A stretch of 55,514 nucleotides of DNA from Girardia tigrina (lineage: Eukaryota): contig MQRK01223772.1 of the NCBI GenBank assembly GCA_001938485.1, positions 1 to 55,514 of the forward strand, written 5' to 3'. Every line of letters starts with the position of its first letter. Position 1 is the stretch's first letter. The position numbers and the translations under genes are program-made. The notes beneath the pieces are model-generated. The model had not been told where the DNA came from. It saw nothing but the letters and a program-made list of their open reading frames with translations, and made no database searches. This document shows positions 1 to 14,519 of this stretch, in pieces.

Positions 1-409
1 TTCCAAAAGTTTTTTCGCATATAAGACACATAGGAATAGTTTCATTTGTCGGTGAACAAATAAATCCAAATTTTAAGTAATCCAATGAATAATACCGACA
101 TTTCTTTTTAGATACTGAAACTTTCATTTTTAAATTAGGGTTCTGTAAATAAGTTAAAATTAAGTTGGTATATTATACTAATCCACATTATTAAAGCTTA
201 CTTTTTCACAAGTAACAATAATTAAAATTGATATCAAAACTANNNNNNNNNNNNNNNNNNNNNNNNNNNNNNNNNNNNNNNNNNNNNNNNNNNNNNNNNN
301 NNNNNNNNNNNNNNNNNNNNNNNNNNNNNNNNNNNNNNNNNNNNNNNNNNNNNNNNNNNNNNNNNNNNATGTGTGATTTGCGTATAAAGAACTGTTTTTC
401 CTTCGAGTC

Positions 410-505
410 CCAATAGACCCCCATTCGACCCCTTGGGTCAGATAGACCCCTACTGTTGTTAAATAGACCCCTAGGGGTCTACATAGACCACTTTGGCGAC
501 CCCTG
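410..505. mobile_element. hAT-type DNA transposon terminus with subterminal repeats
   Basis: Ends in CTTTGGCGACCCCTG (reverse complement CAGGGGTCGCCAAAG, a typical hAT TIR). It is preceded by several ATAGACC(CC) subterminal repeats. The other end is not seen. Confidence 0.6.
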
Positions 506-1289
506 GTTTAAATAAATATGTAGCAAAAAATGTTGCTGCTTATAATTGTGTTGACGAATTTGTGTTTTGATGTGCTATGACTCTCCTGTTACACTCGTGA
601 AAGTTATATTGCTAGCCTTTCTTGTGTTGTAAAAAATCCAAAACTATTAAATTAAAATAAAAACAATCATCAACGAATAATTATTGTTGTGCGTAAATTA
701 TCTTCATGGTTAATGTCCAGAGCTTTTCTTCTGTTCTTTTCCTAAGTCATTCTATTCTCCCACCGTATTTAATTGGGAAATTGTAATAGAATTTTGTCTC
801 TTATTTCTCTAAATTATTATTTGATGTCTCAAATTTATTTCACTTGATTAATTAGGTGAAATATCATTTTAATTAGGCCTAGGATACATGACTGATACGT
901 CTTGAGGCAAACTGTAACTATATTGAATTACGAAAGGCTACACGATTGCTCGTAGATATTCCTCTTCTTTTGTCACAGATACTTCTTTTAATGACATTTT
1001 GCAAAACAGAAATTTATTCATATTATTAATTATATGTATTTAGTATCTATTTTCTCTCATAATCTCATTTATTTCATCCATTTATTAAGGTGTCATATTT
1101 TTCTCCAGGAAATATTTGAAAAATTCATATTATACTACCGCAGATTTTTGGCATACAATTTTAACAATAAAAAATATGATACAAAAAATAATATTTTTTA
1201 GATATTGTCTTTTGGCAAAAAAATCAATTTTAATTTATTTTTTATTTAGTTTCTTCAACAGTATCAAGAATAGAATAAAAATCACTAAG

Positions 1290-1490
1290 GATATCATCTA
1301 GTCAACAATTCTCTACGAATGTGTCAGTTGGACACTTAGTCAGAAAACCATGGATAAACTGAAGTGCAATAGGAATCTTGGAGATCACGTGAACAGAAAA
1401 AAAACAAACGACTTTGCCTGGAAGAGAGTGACAGAAATACTAGGTACAATACGTGAATCAATACAAGAAACCATCAATAGTCAAAACACT
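1290..1490 (+). mobile_element. RTE-type LINE 3' fragment
   Basis: Translates LYECVSWTL...KKTNDFAWKRVTEILG. It is similar to 10930-11120 of the longer RTE copy (shared GGA..AGAGTGACAGAAATAC). Confidence 0.6.
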
Positions 1491-4400
1491 TCAGAAAATT
1501 GGGAAAGATTTTCACTATCGAAAAAAAGGTATGAAAATAGTGCAGTCATTGTCCAAGAATAATGTGAGTAAAATGAATTTAAAATGTTCTATATAAACGT
1601 CTTTAAGATTGCATGGTTTTATATTTGAATAGTTGCAAACCGGTACTGATTGGAAATTGGCAACTGAATTGCCGAAAGTTATTCAAAAAATCCTCGTTAT
1701 TAAAATTTGACGGATTAGCTTCAACGAAAGGAAGAAATAGAATCTTGATAGAAAATTACCGAAAAGTTATTACCATATTACTGGAACAGTACTAGAAAAT
1801 AAAAGACTACACTTGAAAAAAAACAGCCTGAATAATCATAAAACCGAGTTATGTCAACTCATTAATGTAATGAAAAGAAGAAATCAGATTTAATTGCATC
1901 TTCCATTAACGTTATAGAATAATTTGATAAAGAGATGACTAATGTTTATTAGTAACACAATAGAATCAGATTATTTATGAATACAATTAATTGACAAATC
2001 ATTCGGCGACAATAATTATTTCTCTGGCCAAGTCCAAATGAGTGTTACTGAAATTGACGCATGGAATTTGTAGCACAAATGCTGAGTTCCCTGTTTAGTC
2101 TGTTACTAAACATTATTCGGGTGAACTCGCAATGCAAATGGTTTAAGTGCCTTTAGTTTGATGGAAATTCGTTGGCGAGAGTGTCTTGTAAGACAAATTT
2201 CCAGTCCGGGTAAACCAATAAACCCGGCAAATGGATAGGGATCCGGTTGGATGCATCACAGAAAAAAATGGGGAAATCAGCTTGTAAATTTTTCCAATGC
2301 GACTCAAGTCAGCTGACTTTGACTGACCAGAATAGTTAGACATTGAATAGGAACAAATGAAATATATTATTTTGTGAATGATGTCACATCATGCTCTGTT
2401 GTTGACAATCATCAATTAATTCTTTGACTTCTTTTTCAAAGTTGTACGATGAAGAAACAAGTTCAAGATCGCTGCACTTTATTCAGTATTAAAAAAAACA
2501 ATATTCAAAAATCTAAATAAGTGCAATTTTATGGGTGTTGTCCGTTGAGATGGCAGTATTTGACAAAGAATGAATTGCCATTGTCACACGGGTCACGATG
2601 AATATCGTGAATGTCGTAAAACATATATCCAAAACATCAAAAGCGATAAATTTCATGTAATCTTCATGTTATGACTGAATTAGCGAAGAACGTACGAAAA
2701 AATCAAACCATTTGATTGTTCAATTCATTATTATAGAATCGATTGATAATAATAATTATTTTCAAAAATATATTTTATATATATATATTCCGTAAAATAT
2801 TGTTATAGATATGTTAAAATAAGATTTTCAAAAATTTAATGTAAAAATGAATTTATGTAAGAAATAAAATAAATTTTAGGGTAGATTTATTAAAATATTT
2901 ATGCAAAGATTTATTATAAAGTAAAAAAGTTAATTTCAATTTTGATGAAAATATTTAATTGAAATAAAATCAAAAGTAATTTAAAGTTAAATTTTTTATT
3001 TGCGAAGTGAAAGTAAACTAAACTATTTTTTGTAACTTTATTTTACACGATTAAATCAAAGTAAATTAAAAATGTCATTATAATTTCTTTTTGGAAATTT
3101 TAATTTGAATCAAAATATAATTGTAAAACAATTAAATCGACTTAAATGAACATGCGATTTTAATTTTATTTTGGGAAACGTAATTATTAATGGAAATATA
3201 ATTTTATTTTTTATGTAAAAAAGGTTTAATTTAAAAGTTGTTAAATTAAACGTAATTTCGACTTTAAATTCTATTTTCAAAATATTATTTTATTAAATCC
3301 AAAGTAATTTTTAAAACTATTATGAAAACGAAATGAAAAATGCTATTGTATAAAATTGGGAAATTTAATTGAGAAACAGGTAAATTTAAATGTACAATAA
3401 AATTGAAATTTAATAAAAGACGCAACAAAATCTTTGTGACAAAATTTTAATAAATTCACTTTATAATTGTTTTATTAAAAAAATATAGAATTTTAATTCA
3501 TAAAAAATAAAATAACCATATTTATATTTACATCAATTCTTATTTATAATGGTTCGTGTAAAAAGAAAGTGCAAAAGTTCCTCGAAAATATTTGTTTAAA
3601 AATCTCAAATTGTTGTAGAAATAAAGTTTTGTATTCATGACAACGTCTTTTGATCAAGAACCCAATACCGGCAAAATCTAATTATACAACAAACAAATCA
3701 AAGTTTATAATTTAATATTATAATACCATTTATTAAATATAAATTTCAAAAACTATCAATAATTTATTAACAAATTCAACAAAAACACCGAAAATCGTTT
3801 TTCTTATATAGTAAAATAAATTTATGCCAAAAAAACTTGTTTGAAGAAGACGAAAAAGAACAATTTTTTTGTCATTGATAATTATATTTTTGTCGATTTT
3901 TGCAATATTTAATTGAACCAAAAAATATAATAAAAAAACATATGTTACGAAGTTTTGTTTATAATTAAATGTGTCAGATTTCGTTAAAGAAAATAAGCAA
4001 CCCCTTCCATGATTGATTGCCAATTTGTGTCACATTTACATCTGTCCCCCCATCCTCCTTTCAAGCCACTGTTGTGTCAAAACAATCTCTGACAGATTTA
4101 TTGTCGAAATGTCGTTGTCGTGATCCGATTTTATTTTCCATCTTTTCTTTTCCTATTTGCTTTAATGAGTCTGGGGACACCAAACTGACTTTCGTAAATG
4201 GTAGTTTTTTTTGGAAAAAATATTATTTTTTTTGTTTCTCGTTTTTAAATTCAAATTATAATAATTACAATTTTAATTATTATATCAAAGTGTCTGTTTA
4301 TTAAATGTTTATTTAATTGGAGTCATAATAAATTAAAAAATAATAATTTTATAATTATAAAAAATGATTTTTAAAAAAATGGAGTTTAGAGATTACTGTT

Positions 4401-4594
4401 ATATATAATCTTTTAAATATAATTTTTTTAATATAATATTACAATCAATTTTTAAATATTTAAGCCACAGCGTTTGACCAGCTTAAATTGCCAGCTCATG
4501 TTAAGTAAAAAGCTGGAATAAAATTAACACTCCATATCAGACTTTTTTAAAAGTAAATGAAATGCATATATTTTTAAAATATTTATTTTTACTA

Positions 4595-5913
4595 AGGTGT
4601 GTCCACTAAAAAAGTGCACAAGTTTTAAAACCATCATAACTTTTTAATTAGACCTTCAAATTAACGGAAATCTGAACAAAGACTAGATCATAATAACACA
4701 ATAACTATTTTATTATATCAAACTATTAAGGCCATAAGAGTTAGCAAGTATTATTCTTTGTCTAAAATTTGCAAATAATGTCCTAAAATATAAATTGTTA
4801 AACTGCTTTGNNNNNNNNNNNNNNNNNNNNNNNNNNNNNNNNNNNNNNNNNNNNNNNNNNNNNNNNNNNNNNNNNNNNNNNNNNNNNNNNNNNNNNNNNN
4901 NNNNNNNNNNNNNNNNNNNNNNNNNNNNNNNNNNNNNNNNNNNNTTTTTGACAAATGGAATTTTGTTGTCCTCTAAGCACTTCAGACTTGCTTTGGCGTA
5001 GTGACAAGAAGCAAGATCTGGCCAGAAGATGAAGTGACCAGCTGGGTATTTCTCATTCAGATACGGAAGCAAACGCTTCGTTAAGCACTCGGAGATATAA
5101 ATATCCGAATTAGAAGCTACAGATTTCCATTTCCTGATGCACAGGTTTGAAATGCCTCGTCTGGAAACAGTTGCCCAAACCAAAACTTTTACTGTGAATT
5201 TGTCTCGAAATTTAGGGCGAATATTATCAGGTACATCACCGAACTTCTTTTGGTCCACATAATAACCCGATGTCATTGCTCCGGTGAGTGTAAAATACGA
5301 CTCATCATCAAGTACAAAGTCGGTTTTGGTCCTTTCCACAACAATTTTAGCGAGATTTTGCCACCTGGTTTTCTGGCGAATAATCTGTGTCGGAGTAACC
5401 TTTGGGGCTTCTTTCCTCTTTCAAAACACTATGTTATTAGTCTTGAGAATCTTATGAACGTAAGACTTTGAAACATTCATTTCTCTACCTAACTTTCTCA
5501 CACTTTGTCCAACAGTCAAAGTTGCACGTTGCAGAAGTCTCTTCCTTTTGTCTGACGTCATTTTAACAGGCTTCCTTCCACTTCCTACTTTTCTTTCAAT
5601 GCTGCCGGTCTTCTCATAGCGTTGTATTATTGCATATATACCTCTTCTGGAAAAATGAATGTCAGTAAACTTTGTCTCAGTCTCACTTTTACTGTGCGTT
5701 TTGAAAAAATTGATTATATCTTCATGTCGTTTTGAAATCATTATAATTGTCTCTAAAATAAAACATATTAAATCAAAAATTTTAAATACCTGCTTTACTA
5801 TTTCTAACCTATTAAAACAAATATTTAAATTCCAAATTTACGAAATTAAATAATATTACATTAAAAAGTTATGATGGTTTTAAAACTTGTGCACTTTTTC
5901 AGTGGACACACCT
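4595..5913 (-). mobile_element. Tc1/mariner-superfamily transposon, ITmD37E/DD37E-like, full length but disrupted
   Basis: ~50-bp TIRs (AGGTGTGTCCACT.AAAAAGTGCACAAGTTTTAAAACCATCATAACTTTTTAAT) flanked by TA. Transposase pieces at 5421-5741 (HTH, GSGRKP) and 4713-5339 (VLDDESYF, FWPDLASCHY). The third catalytic residue falls in an N-gap. Confidence 0.9.
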
Positions 5914-7536
5914 TATAAAATTAGTTTCATATTTTAAAATTAGTCCTTCCTCAATCTTGTTTGGAATCAAAATCTATTTTACCAATTACAGGTACATATA
6001 TAGTTTTTTTAGTTTATCTGTTCAGACCATTCACACCTTCATTCTATGAGGCCTCATACTTATTCTCCTAAGAGAAAGACAATTATTAATAATTGTAAAA
6101 TTAATGTAGTTAAAGTTTATATACAACAGTGTTTCTTAAAACTAAGATATAGATCGTTTTCGTCAAATGACTAAATTATATTAAATATAAGAAGGTAAAT
6201 AAAAAAACCATCATTAAATATACAAAAAAATACAACAATATTGAATGAGGTTTCATTTTATTTCTTTTATGGATCAAAAGAAAAAACAGTTAATAAATCT
6301 TTAAAAATATGTAAATTATAATTAAAACTACATATACGAAGCAAGACAACCAGTGTTTCTCAAATAAATTGTTCCTTAAACTTACAAATTAAATAAAACT
6401 TCTCAAGATTTATCAAAAAAGATTAATATAAATATAATATAATCATATCAGTAAATGATTGTTTTATTATGTCTCTGAAGTTTATAACATTTTTATGTAC
6501 ATCGAAATATAACACTCCTAGGACATCTAAAATGACAGAATTTACATAACTTCTCAGAATTGAGAACATAACAAATCTTACATTATATTATATGGAAATT
6601 GCTTTCATATTATATTTTTAATAATAAAAATAATATTAATATTAATAATATATTTGAATGTATCACGTAACCCTTACGTCATTGACTAAATTCTTGATCA
6701 AATCGTAAACATAAATGTAAAATAAGGATTATTTGCGAAATAGGAAAGTCATGCCAAATTCTCAATATGGATTGACTGAGACTTCCGTTTGAAAATTGAT
6801 TTAATGCTTTCGTCCCTTAAAGTTATTTGTCTTCGTTATAGACGGATCATTTTTGAAGTCTGATCTTTTCTAGGTAGCGTACATTGTTGCGTATCTTCGT
6901 CAACCCTGATTGAATCCCATTTTATCGATCTCCTTCTTTGATCCATTCCATCATTTATTGATGTATCTCTTTTTGATTGTTGTTGTATATATCTGAAAAA
7001 TTATGAAATTAACAAAAGTCAAACAAGATTAATATTTATTATTAAAACACATTATTAAAACAAATATAAATTATTTTTCAATATTTTTAGTTTTTTTTTA
7101 ATTTTTAAAATATATTATCATAAATGATAATTCAGGAGTCACTGATATTTCGGAAATGGATTTCTTATGCTTCTTACTGGATATCTTTTTTTTCTTCTCT
7201 ATCGTTTTTGTGACTGAGCTGAATGACGCAATTGTCTGATCACACGGAATATTTAATCTTCCTTTATATCTTTTAACATTATTTTAGTTTCTTTCAGGAG
7301 CTTTTGAGATGATTTGTACAACAATTCATAAGTCCAATTATTAAAAATCTTCTTTATAGGAAACGGTCAAATGTCTTTTGTTTTCCCTAATATTTTCTCT
7401 CCCGTTTCTTTTATTAACTCTGAACTTGGTATACCATATGTTTTTGTTATATAGATTATCTGAATTCTTTAAATTATTTTTTATATTATCTAAGATTAAT
7501 TTATTCAGCTTTTGTTGGATGTTCTTTCAATACGAT

Positions 7537-7714
7537 ACGTTTTCACTTTCTGTTCTTCTGCCCTCGTTTTTTCCATTAAAATTGAGTAGTGTTGGTTTTC
7601 TTCCATATACTATTTCAAATGGGATAGCCCATTTGAAATAGTATATGGAAGAAAACCAACACTACTCAATTTTAATGGAAAAAACGAGGGCAGAAGAACA
7701 GAAAGTGAAAACGT
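7537..7714. repeat. Perfect inverted duplication (87-bp arms, 4-nt loop) inside the Gypsy integrase
   Basis: 7537-7623 is the exact reverse complement of 7628-7714, with loop ATAG. Confidence 0.95.
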
Positions 7715-9167
7715 GGATTTTGTATTTCGTGGATTTCTGTATTTCACATCCCAAAGCGTATTTTACAATCGTAAAAACTTCTGTCCCAGCTCGTCTTTTA
7801 CGAGAATACATATATGCATGAATCATTTATTTAGCTGTGCGAAAAATTCGTTCAATTAATCCATTTGATTACGGGTAATACGGTGAACTCTAAGTTTGAT
7901 TATTATTCGTCGAAAAACAAAAGGTCTTAATTCAGCTGAAACAAAATGAGAACAGTTATCTGTATGTATACGATCTGGTTTTCCTTACTTTTATATCATT
8001 TGATCCAATAATAATTTTAATATAGATTTTGAATATATTGTTCAGAGAGATTTAAACCACATATTTGGAGAAGTAGTCGATTTTTCCTAAACATATACTG
8101 AGATCTTCATAAAAAAAGTTTAGAACGGTGCAATTACTTCAGATGGAGAGTTGGTTTATTTATGAGTATTTCGTGCTCTATCACGACCATTTTTACATTT
8201 TAATCTTGCACACGCCTAACACTTTGTAACAAAATCTTTTATATCGTGATCTACAGTTGGCCAGTAGAATTCAACTGACCGTAAATTTATAACCTAATAA
8301 ATAATGTTTAAATTTTAAAACAAAAATATACGTTACTAGCAGTTTCTTTTGAGTAATGCAATATTTATTTTGACTTTTAGTTAGAGCTTTTGAAGTCTAT
8401 GCAAGAACACATTCAGAACCATTTTGTATTTGCGATAATACTGCACCAATTGAATTTTGTGAAGCATCGGTGCTCAGTATGTAATGGCCGTTGGTTCTTA
8501 AAATATATAAAACGGGTGGGTAGGATAATTCATCATTCAGTTTATTAAACGAACTAATTTTCTCAGTGTTCCATTGAAACTTTTAACCTATCTTAGTGAT
8601 CAAAGTCAGAAGTTCCGATAATATGGCATAATTTTTAATGAATCTTCTATAAAAGTTAATTAATCCTAGAAAATATTGTAACTCCTTTATACAAATCGAC
8701 ATATGTCATATGTTATCGCACTTAATTCGTCAGGGTTCATTTTTACCCCTTCTACATCGATTATGTGACCAAGATACAGTATACTAGTTTTCAAAATGCA
8801 AAATTTCTCTGGAGACAATTTAAGACTTGCTTTTTAATATTCTGAAGCACTAAACTTAATCGATTATTGTGCTCTTCTATTGTCCTTCTAAAAATGAGGA
8901 CGTTATCTAAATAAATAAAACATTTTGACCAAGTTTTTCTTTTCAGAATAAGATTCATCTTCTTTTGAAATGTAGCTGGAGCTGAATACAGACCAAATAA
9001 AATTTTGATAAATTCGCAATGGTCACATTTTGTTGTAAATGCTTTACATCATTTTTCTTTTATTGGGATTTGATAATATCCACTTCATAAGTCAAGTTTA
9101 GAAAAATATTTCGCTTCTACAATTCATCAAATATTTCTTCACTTGCTTGGATCGGATATACAGGATG

Positions 9168-9833
9168 TAAGACAAAACGCCGCGAGCAAATATGTCGCGA
9201 ATAAAAACGACAAATGTAATAATTAAATTAATATTATTAAAATTATTAAATTTAATAAAATTTTATTGAATGAAAAGTAATTAAAAATGAATATTATTAA
9301 TTAAATTTTTTTTTCAAAAATGACTTAAATTAACCTATAAATAAACTGAAAATGTCTGGAAGTCGCAAAAAATTGTAATGTATATTTGTGGTGAAAGACT
9401 AAATTATAGAAAATTTAAATGGAGCTCAATCCGTTTTGTAGATAGATATTTTGTTTTTCAGAAAATATTTTAGAAAGTCAAATTATTTTTAAATAATAAA
9501 AAGTCATACTAACATATTACTTTATTCTAAGTTTTGGAATTATTTTTATAATAATATTGAAAAACATTGTCTATATTTTTAATTTTTCTAGTGTTAAATA
9601 AATTAATATTAAAATTTATAAAAAAAATAATAATAAATTGAATAAACATTAAAAATATTTTTCAATATTGTTATAAAAAATATTCCAAACTTAGAATAAA
9701 ATAATATTTTATATGATTTTTTATTTTTTAAAAATACTTTTTAAAATATTTTTTTTGTAAAACTTTTGTAAAATATTTTCTTAAAAACCAAATTGTTCGC
9801 GGCCTTTTGTCCCCGGTGATTTTTAATGATCCC
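9168..9833. mobile_element. Foldback MITE-like insertion within the Gypsy RT
   Basis: Imperfect subterminal inverted repeats GACAAAACGCCGCGAGCAA / TTGTTCGCGGCCTTTTGTC and a long AT-rich internal inverted repeat. It is flanked by duplicated Gypsy sequence CGGATATA(C/T)AGGA(T/C)GT. Confidence 0.65.
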
Positions 9834-10282
9834 GGATATATAGGACGTTCGGCCTATGCATTCAATCTCCGGTAGTCAGCACATAATCTTATATCTCCAT
9901 TTTTCTTTTTAACTATTACTAATGGAAAATTCTTCGGAGAATTACTTTGCCTGAGTATACATGTCCCTTTAAATTCCTTTACTTTAGAATATACTGCTTC
10001 TCCTAAACCTTTCGGAATCCTTCCAGGCTTGTAAGCAATTGGTTTTGCTTCTCCTGTTTCTATGGAATGTTCGGTAATTTTTGTAACACTAACATCCAAA
10101 GTATATTTGCTAAGAATTTCCAAGTTCTGCTGAATTATCTGCATGATGGAATTTTTAACCTTTTCCGGTAAATTATCCATATTTTGTTTAATAATTGAAC
10201 ACAAATTAGTTAATATTGATACTTCTCTTTTCTTTGATACTTGTGATAAACTAAAAGTGCTTTGCTTGGTACCGATTGTCAT

Positions 10283-11381
10283 AACTTTAAAGATTTCGAA
10301 AAAGCTTTTGACAGGATGTGGCACGATGTGGCACGAAACACTATCGCAAACTATGAATAAACACATCATATGAAAATATATTACAAAAATTATTAAGAGC
10401 TTTTACAAAGACGCAAAAACAAAAGTGTTGATAAGTGAGCAATTTAGCGACTGGTTTAAATCATCAGTAGGAGTAAGACAAGGTTGCATTCTTTCCACAA
10501 CACTGTTCAACCTTTTCTTTGAGAGAATTGTTATGGAAGCAATGGTTGATCTAGACAATGTTGGAAAAAGCTACGAAGGACAAGAATAACCAACCTACGA
10601 TTTGCTGACGATATAGACCTAATCAGTAAAGATGAAGCAGAGATTCAGGAACTTACAAATAGATTACCCCAAGCGTCAAAGAAATTTGGGAATGGAAATC
10701 AACAGACAAAAAAGCTTTTTTTCAGGAAACCATAACAACGAGGTTAAACTGGAGATTGACATATAAGAGGAGAATTATGAACAAGTTAAGAGTTTCAAAT
10801 ACTTAGGCTCTTCTATCACAGATAAGGAAAAGTGAAGAAGAAATCAGAAGTTGGATTTGTATTGCAATTAGAGCAATGCTTAAGCAGTTTTTAATCTCAA
10901 AGAATAAAGATCACTAAGCCTATTGTGTGGGCAACACTCCTCTATGGATGCGAGAGTTGAACAATATTTCAGAAGAGCATAGATAGACTTAAAGCGTTTG
11001 AAATGAAGTGCTACAGGAGAATACTGAAGATCACGTGAAAAGAAAAGAAGACAAGTGACTTTATCTGGAGAAGAGTGACAGAAATACAAGGTAAAAAACC
11101 GGAATCGATAGAAAAGACAATCAAGAGAAGGAAGCTGAAATTCTGCGGTCATCAAATAAGAAAACAAACCCTAGTAAAGGTTATGATTGAAAGAAGAGTG
11201 GAAGGTGAAAAATAAAGAGGACCAAAGAGGCAATTGACAGACGATTTAAAAGAATGGAGTGGATTGGGTATTGAATGTCTTAGAAAAAAGGCTACAAATA
11301 GAGTGATGTGGGAAAGTCTTGTGAATAATTGGGTGCACCCACGGCCCAACAGATAAGGTCCAAAAAAAGAAAGAAGAAGAA
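10283..11381 (+). mobile_element. 5'-truncated RTE-clade non-LTR retrotransposon (RT to 3' end)
   Basis: DFEKAFDRMWH, GVRQGCILSTTLFNL, NLRFADDIDL and FKYLGS motifs with frameshifts. Ends in an A/GAA-rich tail (AAAAAAAGAAAGAAGAAGAA). Inserted antisense into the Gypsy element. Confidence 0.9.
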
Positions 11382-14009
11382 TCAAATGAAACCATACACA
11401 ATAAAATCAATCGAAATCCCAAAATTGTATTGATTCACCGCCAATCATTAAATCGAAAGGATAATATCAATAATGTTACTATGCAACAAATTACTTATCT
11501 GGAATTTTCCAGAATACAATTTTATCACTAAAAATTCACAATTTTACACAAAACAATATAAATGTATATTTTATTTAAAAAAATAATTTTTAATCAGGAA
11601 AGTAAAACTCTCTCTTTGTCCACTAACAGAGAAAGAACAAAGGGGGAGTTTTGACAGATAAGTTTTTTTTAAGTAGGGACACTAAATAAAATAGTAAATG
11701 TATGAATGCACTAAACTGATCTAACTAGGTTACAGTTAGATAAGTTTAGTAATTTGACAAAGAAATTAATTATTAAACGACTTTTCAACCAAAACAAACT
11801 GCTTAGTATAACTATTTTTTTTAACAGAAAGATAAAAAGAAACAAGATGATATATCACAGAACAAGAAATATGTCGTTAGAGATATTTATCTTTAAAGTA
11901 TAGGTTACTTTATTGATAACGTCCTCCGGGAAAATTCGTCACACCAGTTATTGATATAATATAATGAATATCGGTCGGAAATAACGTTGGACGCGACATT
12001 AATTGTTTGGATAGAATAGCAGAATTGGATTATAATACTGGTAATTTGTTAATTAATTATTGTTGCCTTGCAAATTATGAATTTTTAAATTAGCAGATCA
12101 ATAGTATTGATAGCAATTTAATTTACATAATCTGGATGACAATATAATTTAATTATCATAATTATCTTCTTTGTTATTTCTGAGATCTTCTCATTTTCAC
12201 TTGCCTATCGTCTTGCTTTCTTTTTTCATTTCTTTTTCTTCTTGGACACAGAATACAAATAAAAAATAATAATATGACACAAAAATTAATACAGAAGAAA
12301 CATAAAATGTACTACAGATAAATGGATTACAGGAGAACAAAGATGTCACGAAATGTTTACATAAAATAAAACAGAAATTACGAATTGTTGTCAGTAGACT
12401 ATTAGAAGGAACACAACTCATTGTCAGTAGTAAGGCGACACTTTTTGTGACTGAAGAAATGAAAAATAAATTATAAAATAATTTCAAAAGATAAAATGAA
12501 GAACATTGATCGATCGACATGAATCTTTACTTAACAAGACTCAATTATTTTATTTTGAATTATCCAACAATCTTTCACTAGGCCAAGTAGGGACCCATCA
12601 ATTTAATTCATTGCAATTAAATGATTTGTTTAAGTTCTGTAATTTTTTTATTAATAACATAAAAAAATTAAAACATGCTTATAATGAAATAAATTATTCT
12701 AATTGTGTATATAAAAGTATTGAAAAAATAAGAGATAAATATAATGCATATATATATATATATATATATATATAATCATATAAATATCATTTAATTTGAT
12801 AAGGATATAAAGCGATATTAAAAGGTTTAATTTATCATTGTATTTTTGTGAGACTGTTCGCTCAATTATCCTCTTTTCCCAACGAAAAGAAGGTTAAAGT
12901 AAGATTAAAACCGTATTTATCAATTCTAGTGGAAATTAGCTTCTAAATTGGCAAATTGTCAATCAAAACTATTTCCCACAGAATTCTCTCTTCATTGAGG
13001 AATCATAACTGTGAAAATAAATACACGTTTTACTCATAAAATATTAAAACGTTGTGGTTTACCAATACAAGCAACTACAATTGACCTCTGTGCTCATTCT
13101 TTAATCATGTTTTTATTTCCAAATGATTCATTTTCGCTTTCAAGATGTCACGTGAGAAAATATTATTTTATTTATATATTCAAGTTTTCTTTTGTTTTTA
13201 CGAAATGAAATATTAATCTTCTTTTATCGGTTGACTTTGAGATAATTTAAGTTTGAAACCGAAAGGAAAACGTAATAAATATAATGAAAATTTGTTAATG
13301 AATTATAATAATAACATTTTCGTGTATTAAAAGAAATTCTGGTTCATTACAAGTACTGTTAATTAATCATTTAATTAATTAATTAATTGTATTTATTATT
13401 TGATCTGTCATTCATGATAGGTCTTATCAGTGACCTTTTATGAGAAGCATTTTAAAGTGGAAACATTCTCCTTTACTCTCCCCCCATTCATATAAATGAT
13501 AAGGAATTGTAAAAAGAAATTTTTTAAATTATTTAAATTAGAAATTATTTAAGTAAAATTTCTATTTTTCCATATTCACGTTCGCAAATTTGTGATAATT
13601 AATTTTAGAGTATTTCATAAGAAGCAAGCCGTAAGAAATTGAATAAATTTATTTTTTATAATTGTTACAATTTTTTTAAACAGTGTACTATATTTAACAA
13701 CACCAACCAACGAATATTAGTCGATATAGTCTGGTTAAACTAATAACAAAAGGGACTGAAAAAAAATAAATATAATGATAATAGTTAAATTCAATAAATA
13801 ATAATAAATAACAAATATAATAACAATACTACCAAGAAAGAAGAGGTTCACAAGATAGGATCACAAAAAGATGACAGATTCTGTTAAATAATTAATAATA
13901 TAATTTGTCGAAATTACTGAACAAAAATACACACACAAATGATCAATCAAGAAGAATATTGATTGAATTTTTTTCAGATATGGAACATACTGTTGAAAGA
14001 TCAATGATG

Positions 14010-14356
14010 TGCCGGCTGCCGGACCTATTTGCGGCAACATTACCTCTTAATTGTGCCGGGACACAGTGCCAAGAAAAATCAGCGTCTGTGTACCGATCGG
14101 GCCCAGTGACCACCGGTCGACATATCATCAAGTGTCGGTCCAGTGACTGATCCGAGGGAGTTGGCTGCCGGATATCACATGACAGTACATGACTCGATCA
14201 TACCGGTTCGTCATGTCGCGGAGTAGTGAAAAGCGTGATTGTACCGTCGGTCAAATTGGCCCGTTGAACACCGTCGGATCGGGAGTGATGGGGCCGGATT
14301 CAGTACGACCGGTTTGAGTTGCCGTCGAGCGTACAATCTCGTTGGTCCTGCATGAG
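14010..14356 (+). ncRNA. Candidate structured non-coding RNA (GC-rich island), family unknown
   Basis: GC/CpG-rich island in an AT-rich background with many nested stems containing G-U pairs on the + strand. No convincing ORF. Confidence 0.35.
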
Positions 14357-14519
14357 GTTGTTGTTTGTTATTTTTGATTAATTTAAAACAATAAAGTCGA
14401 CATTAATTATACGACAAATTCACTTAAAAAATTTAAAATTGTGTCTATTTCATAATTTATTTAGTTTATTAAAATAACAATCAGTTTTTTTTATTTCGGT
14501 CGTTTGACCGGAGCACCAC

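Larger units (their letters stand above)
7230..10282 (-). mobile_element. Degenerate Ty3/Gypsy LTR retrotransposon pol (RT, RNase H, integrase)
   Basis: Minus-strand motifs with many stops: PLVIVKKKNGDIRLCADYRRLN, YFSKLDL*SGYYQIP, FGLYSAPATFQ, FIYLDNVLIF, LSTDASQNSIGAVL, FYWPTVDHDI, IHTDNCSHF, SSPYYP*SNGLIER. Confidence 0.9.
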
